Source: Ramazzottius varieornatus
Taxonomy: Eukaryota; Animalia; Tardigrada
DNA length: 64,000 nt
Assembly (NCBI GenBank): GCA_001949185.1
Contig: BDGG01000002.1
Location: 1,257,851-1,321,850, forward strand
Reading direction: 5' to 3'
Made by a program: the position numbers and the translations under genes. Shown here piece by piece: positions 62,669 to 64,000 of this stretch; the first letter of the stretch is position 1; each line of letters starts with the position of its first letter. A model generated the notes under the pieces. It was given only the letters and a program-made list of their open reading frames with translations, had not been told where the DNA came from and searched no databases.

Positions 62669-63579
62669 TAGGTAAACCAGTGATGTCAGTTTCATGTCGT
62701 TATTTGGGTTTCCTGTGGGTTAATATCTGGACCATAGCTGAAACCTCGAGGATTCCAGAAGGTTTCAGCGACGGTTCTGAGGGCTGAGGCAACAGGGACA
62801 GCTCAAGATTCAATATCGCCTGGACTGTCGCTCTGGGACAAATTACTCTGGCACAAATTAATTACACTTCCGGGCGTTTCAGCCATTAAATTCTCGTCGT
62901 CATCATTTTCAAGCTCTCAAAGCAAACTTGATTGTACAGCACACTGCTATTTTTTACCGACACGCCTTCAGGACACCGGCATTCCGGCATCCCGAGCACC
63001 CCGGCTACCCGGTAGTTCAGGACTTCGAAAACTTTTCAAGATTTGTCTGAAAACCAGAATAAATCAAGATTCGTTATAAATTTCTGTGGCACGAAAAAGT
63101 TGCTGACGAAGCCATTTTTCGGATTTCACTGTTAGTGCGCTACCCTCTCCCAAAATTTACGTACAATTAGAGTCCATATATCCTGCGCAGTCTTCCACGA
63201 AGCTCGTCATCCACCTCTGCTAGAAAAATCGGGAGATAGGGAGACAAGAACACAGAAACCGCGGAGCAGCGACGACACGAGAAGGCAGGCGGTCTAACAC
63301 CGAGCTTCGCCAGCTAAGCTGAACCAAAACGACGACGTAGGCAATCATCCACCACACATCCCTTGGTGTTTTCCATGGAGGCTAGTCGCCTACATAATCG
63401 AAGAGAGGGGAAAGCGGAAGGGGAAACAGGAACTCCAGGAGACGAAAAGAAGATTCAGTAATCATGCGAGGTCTGATGCAATACCACTGTTTCACTCCAG
63501 TGTTGTATTTAGTTATACTCTAGAGTAAAATCAATTTACTCTTTTCTTCAGTTACAGTTTTACTCCCGAGAGTTAAATT

Positions 63580-63690
63580 GAGAGTAAAACTGAATGCCGG
63601 GAGTAAAACTAAAATGCTTGAGAGTAGAAATAAAATGCCGAGACGAAAAGTCAAAAGCCAAAGACTAAAATGTAAAGGCCGAGATCTAGA
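63580..63690. repeat. Degenerate ~21-bp tandem repeat (GAGTAAAACT...ATGCC)
   Basis: About five decaying units, e.g. gagagtaaaactgaatgccgg / gagtaaaactaaaatgcttga / gagtagaaataaaatgccga. Confidence 0.55.
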
Positions 63691-64000
63691 GTAAGATCCA
63701 AATTCATAAGAGTAAAACTAACGCCTCAAACGGAACTAGAATTCTCGGGAGGGAAACTGTAGTGAGGAGACAAAATTCAAAAGTCGAAGACTGAAATGGG
63801 AAGCTGGGACCAAAATGAGGATGTCAAGATGATATACCATCGGTTTCAAAGTCGATACCGTACGGGGAAAAGGTTGTGAAGTTGGCCGGTCTGTATTTCG
63901 GACAAAGTAAATTGGTACATGGTGTGGAAGGCCTACATGCAATGAAGTGCATGAACGGAGACGTACGCTGAACTGGTGGGCGGGGGTGAGGGGGGGGGGG

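Overview
Eukaryotic animal genomic DNA: GT-AG introns mostly 60-120 nt, two 50-N scaffold gaps, no operons, rRNA, tRNA or CRISPR seen. Composition, tiny introns and gene families suggest a small-genome ecdysozoan such as a tardigrade (inference only). Apparently intact genes are a Ly6/three-finger-like type I membrane protein (7.3-8.4 kb), two tandem astacin-fold genes (22.8-27.0 kb), a gustatory-receptor-family gene (38.2-39.9 kb) and an Rh ammonium transporter (43.6-48.4 kb). Disrupted genes are a c-opsin-like gene, an arylsulfatase, an ANF-receptor-type ectodomain, class A GPCR fragments and a second Ly6-like copy. Mobile DNA includes two intron-containing pogo-like transposase relics, a 5'-truncated CRE-like non-LTR retrotransposon, three short Helitron-like copies and many hAT-, Tc1/mariner/pogo- and Mutator-type MITEs, some nested. 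The best candidate for new biology is the pair of predicted secreted 'pseudo-astacins'. Both carry the same replacement of the whole zinc-binding motif and lack a prodomain, and one ends in a ~150-aa charge-free Q/N/P/G/F prion-like tail. All gene models were spliced by eye.
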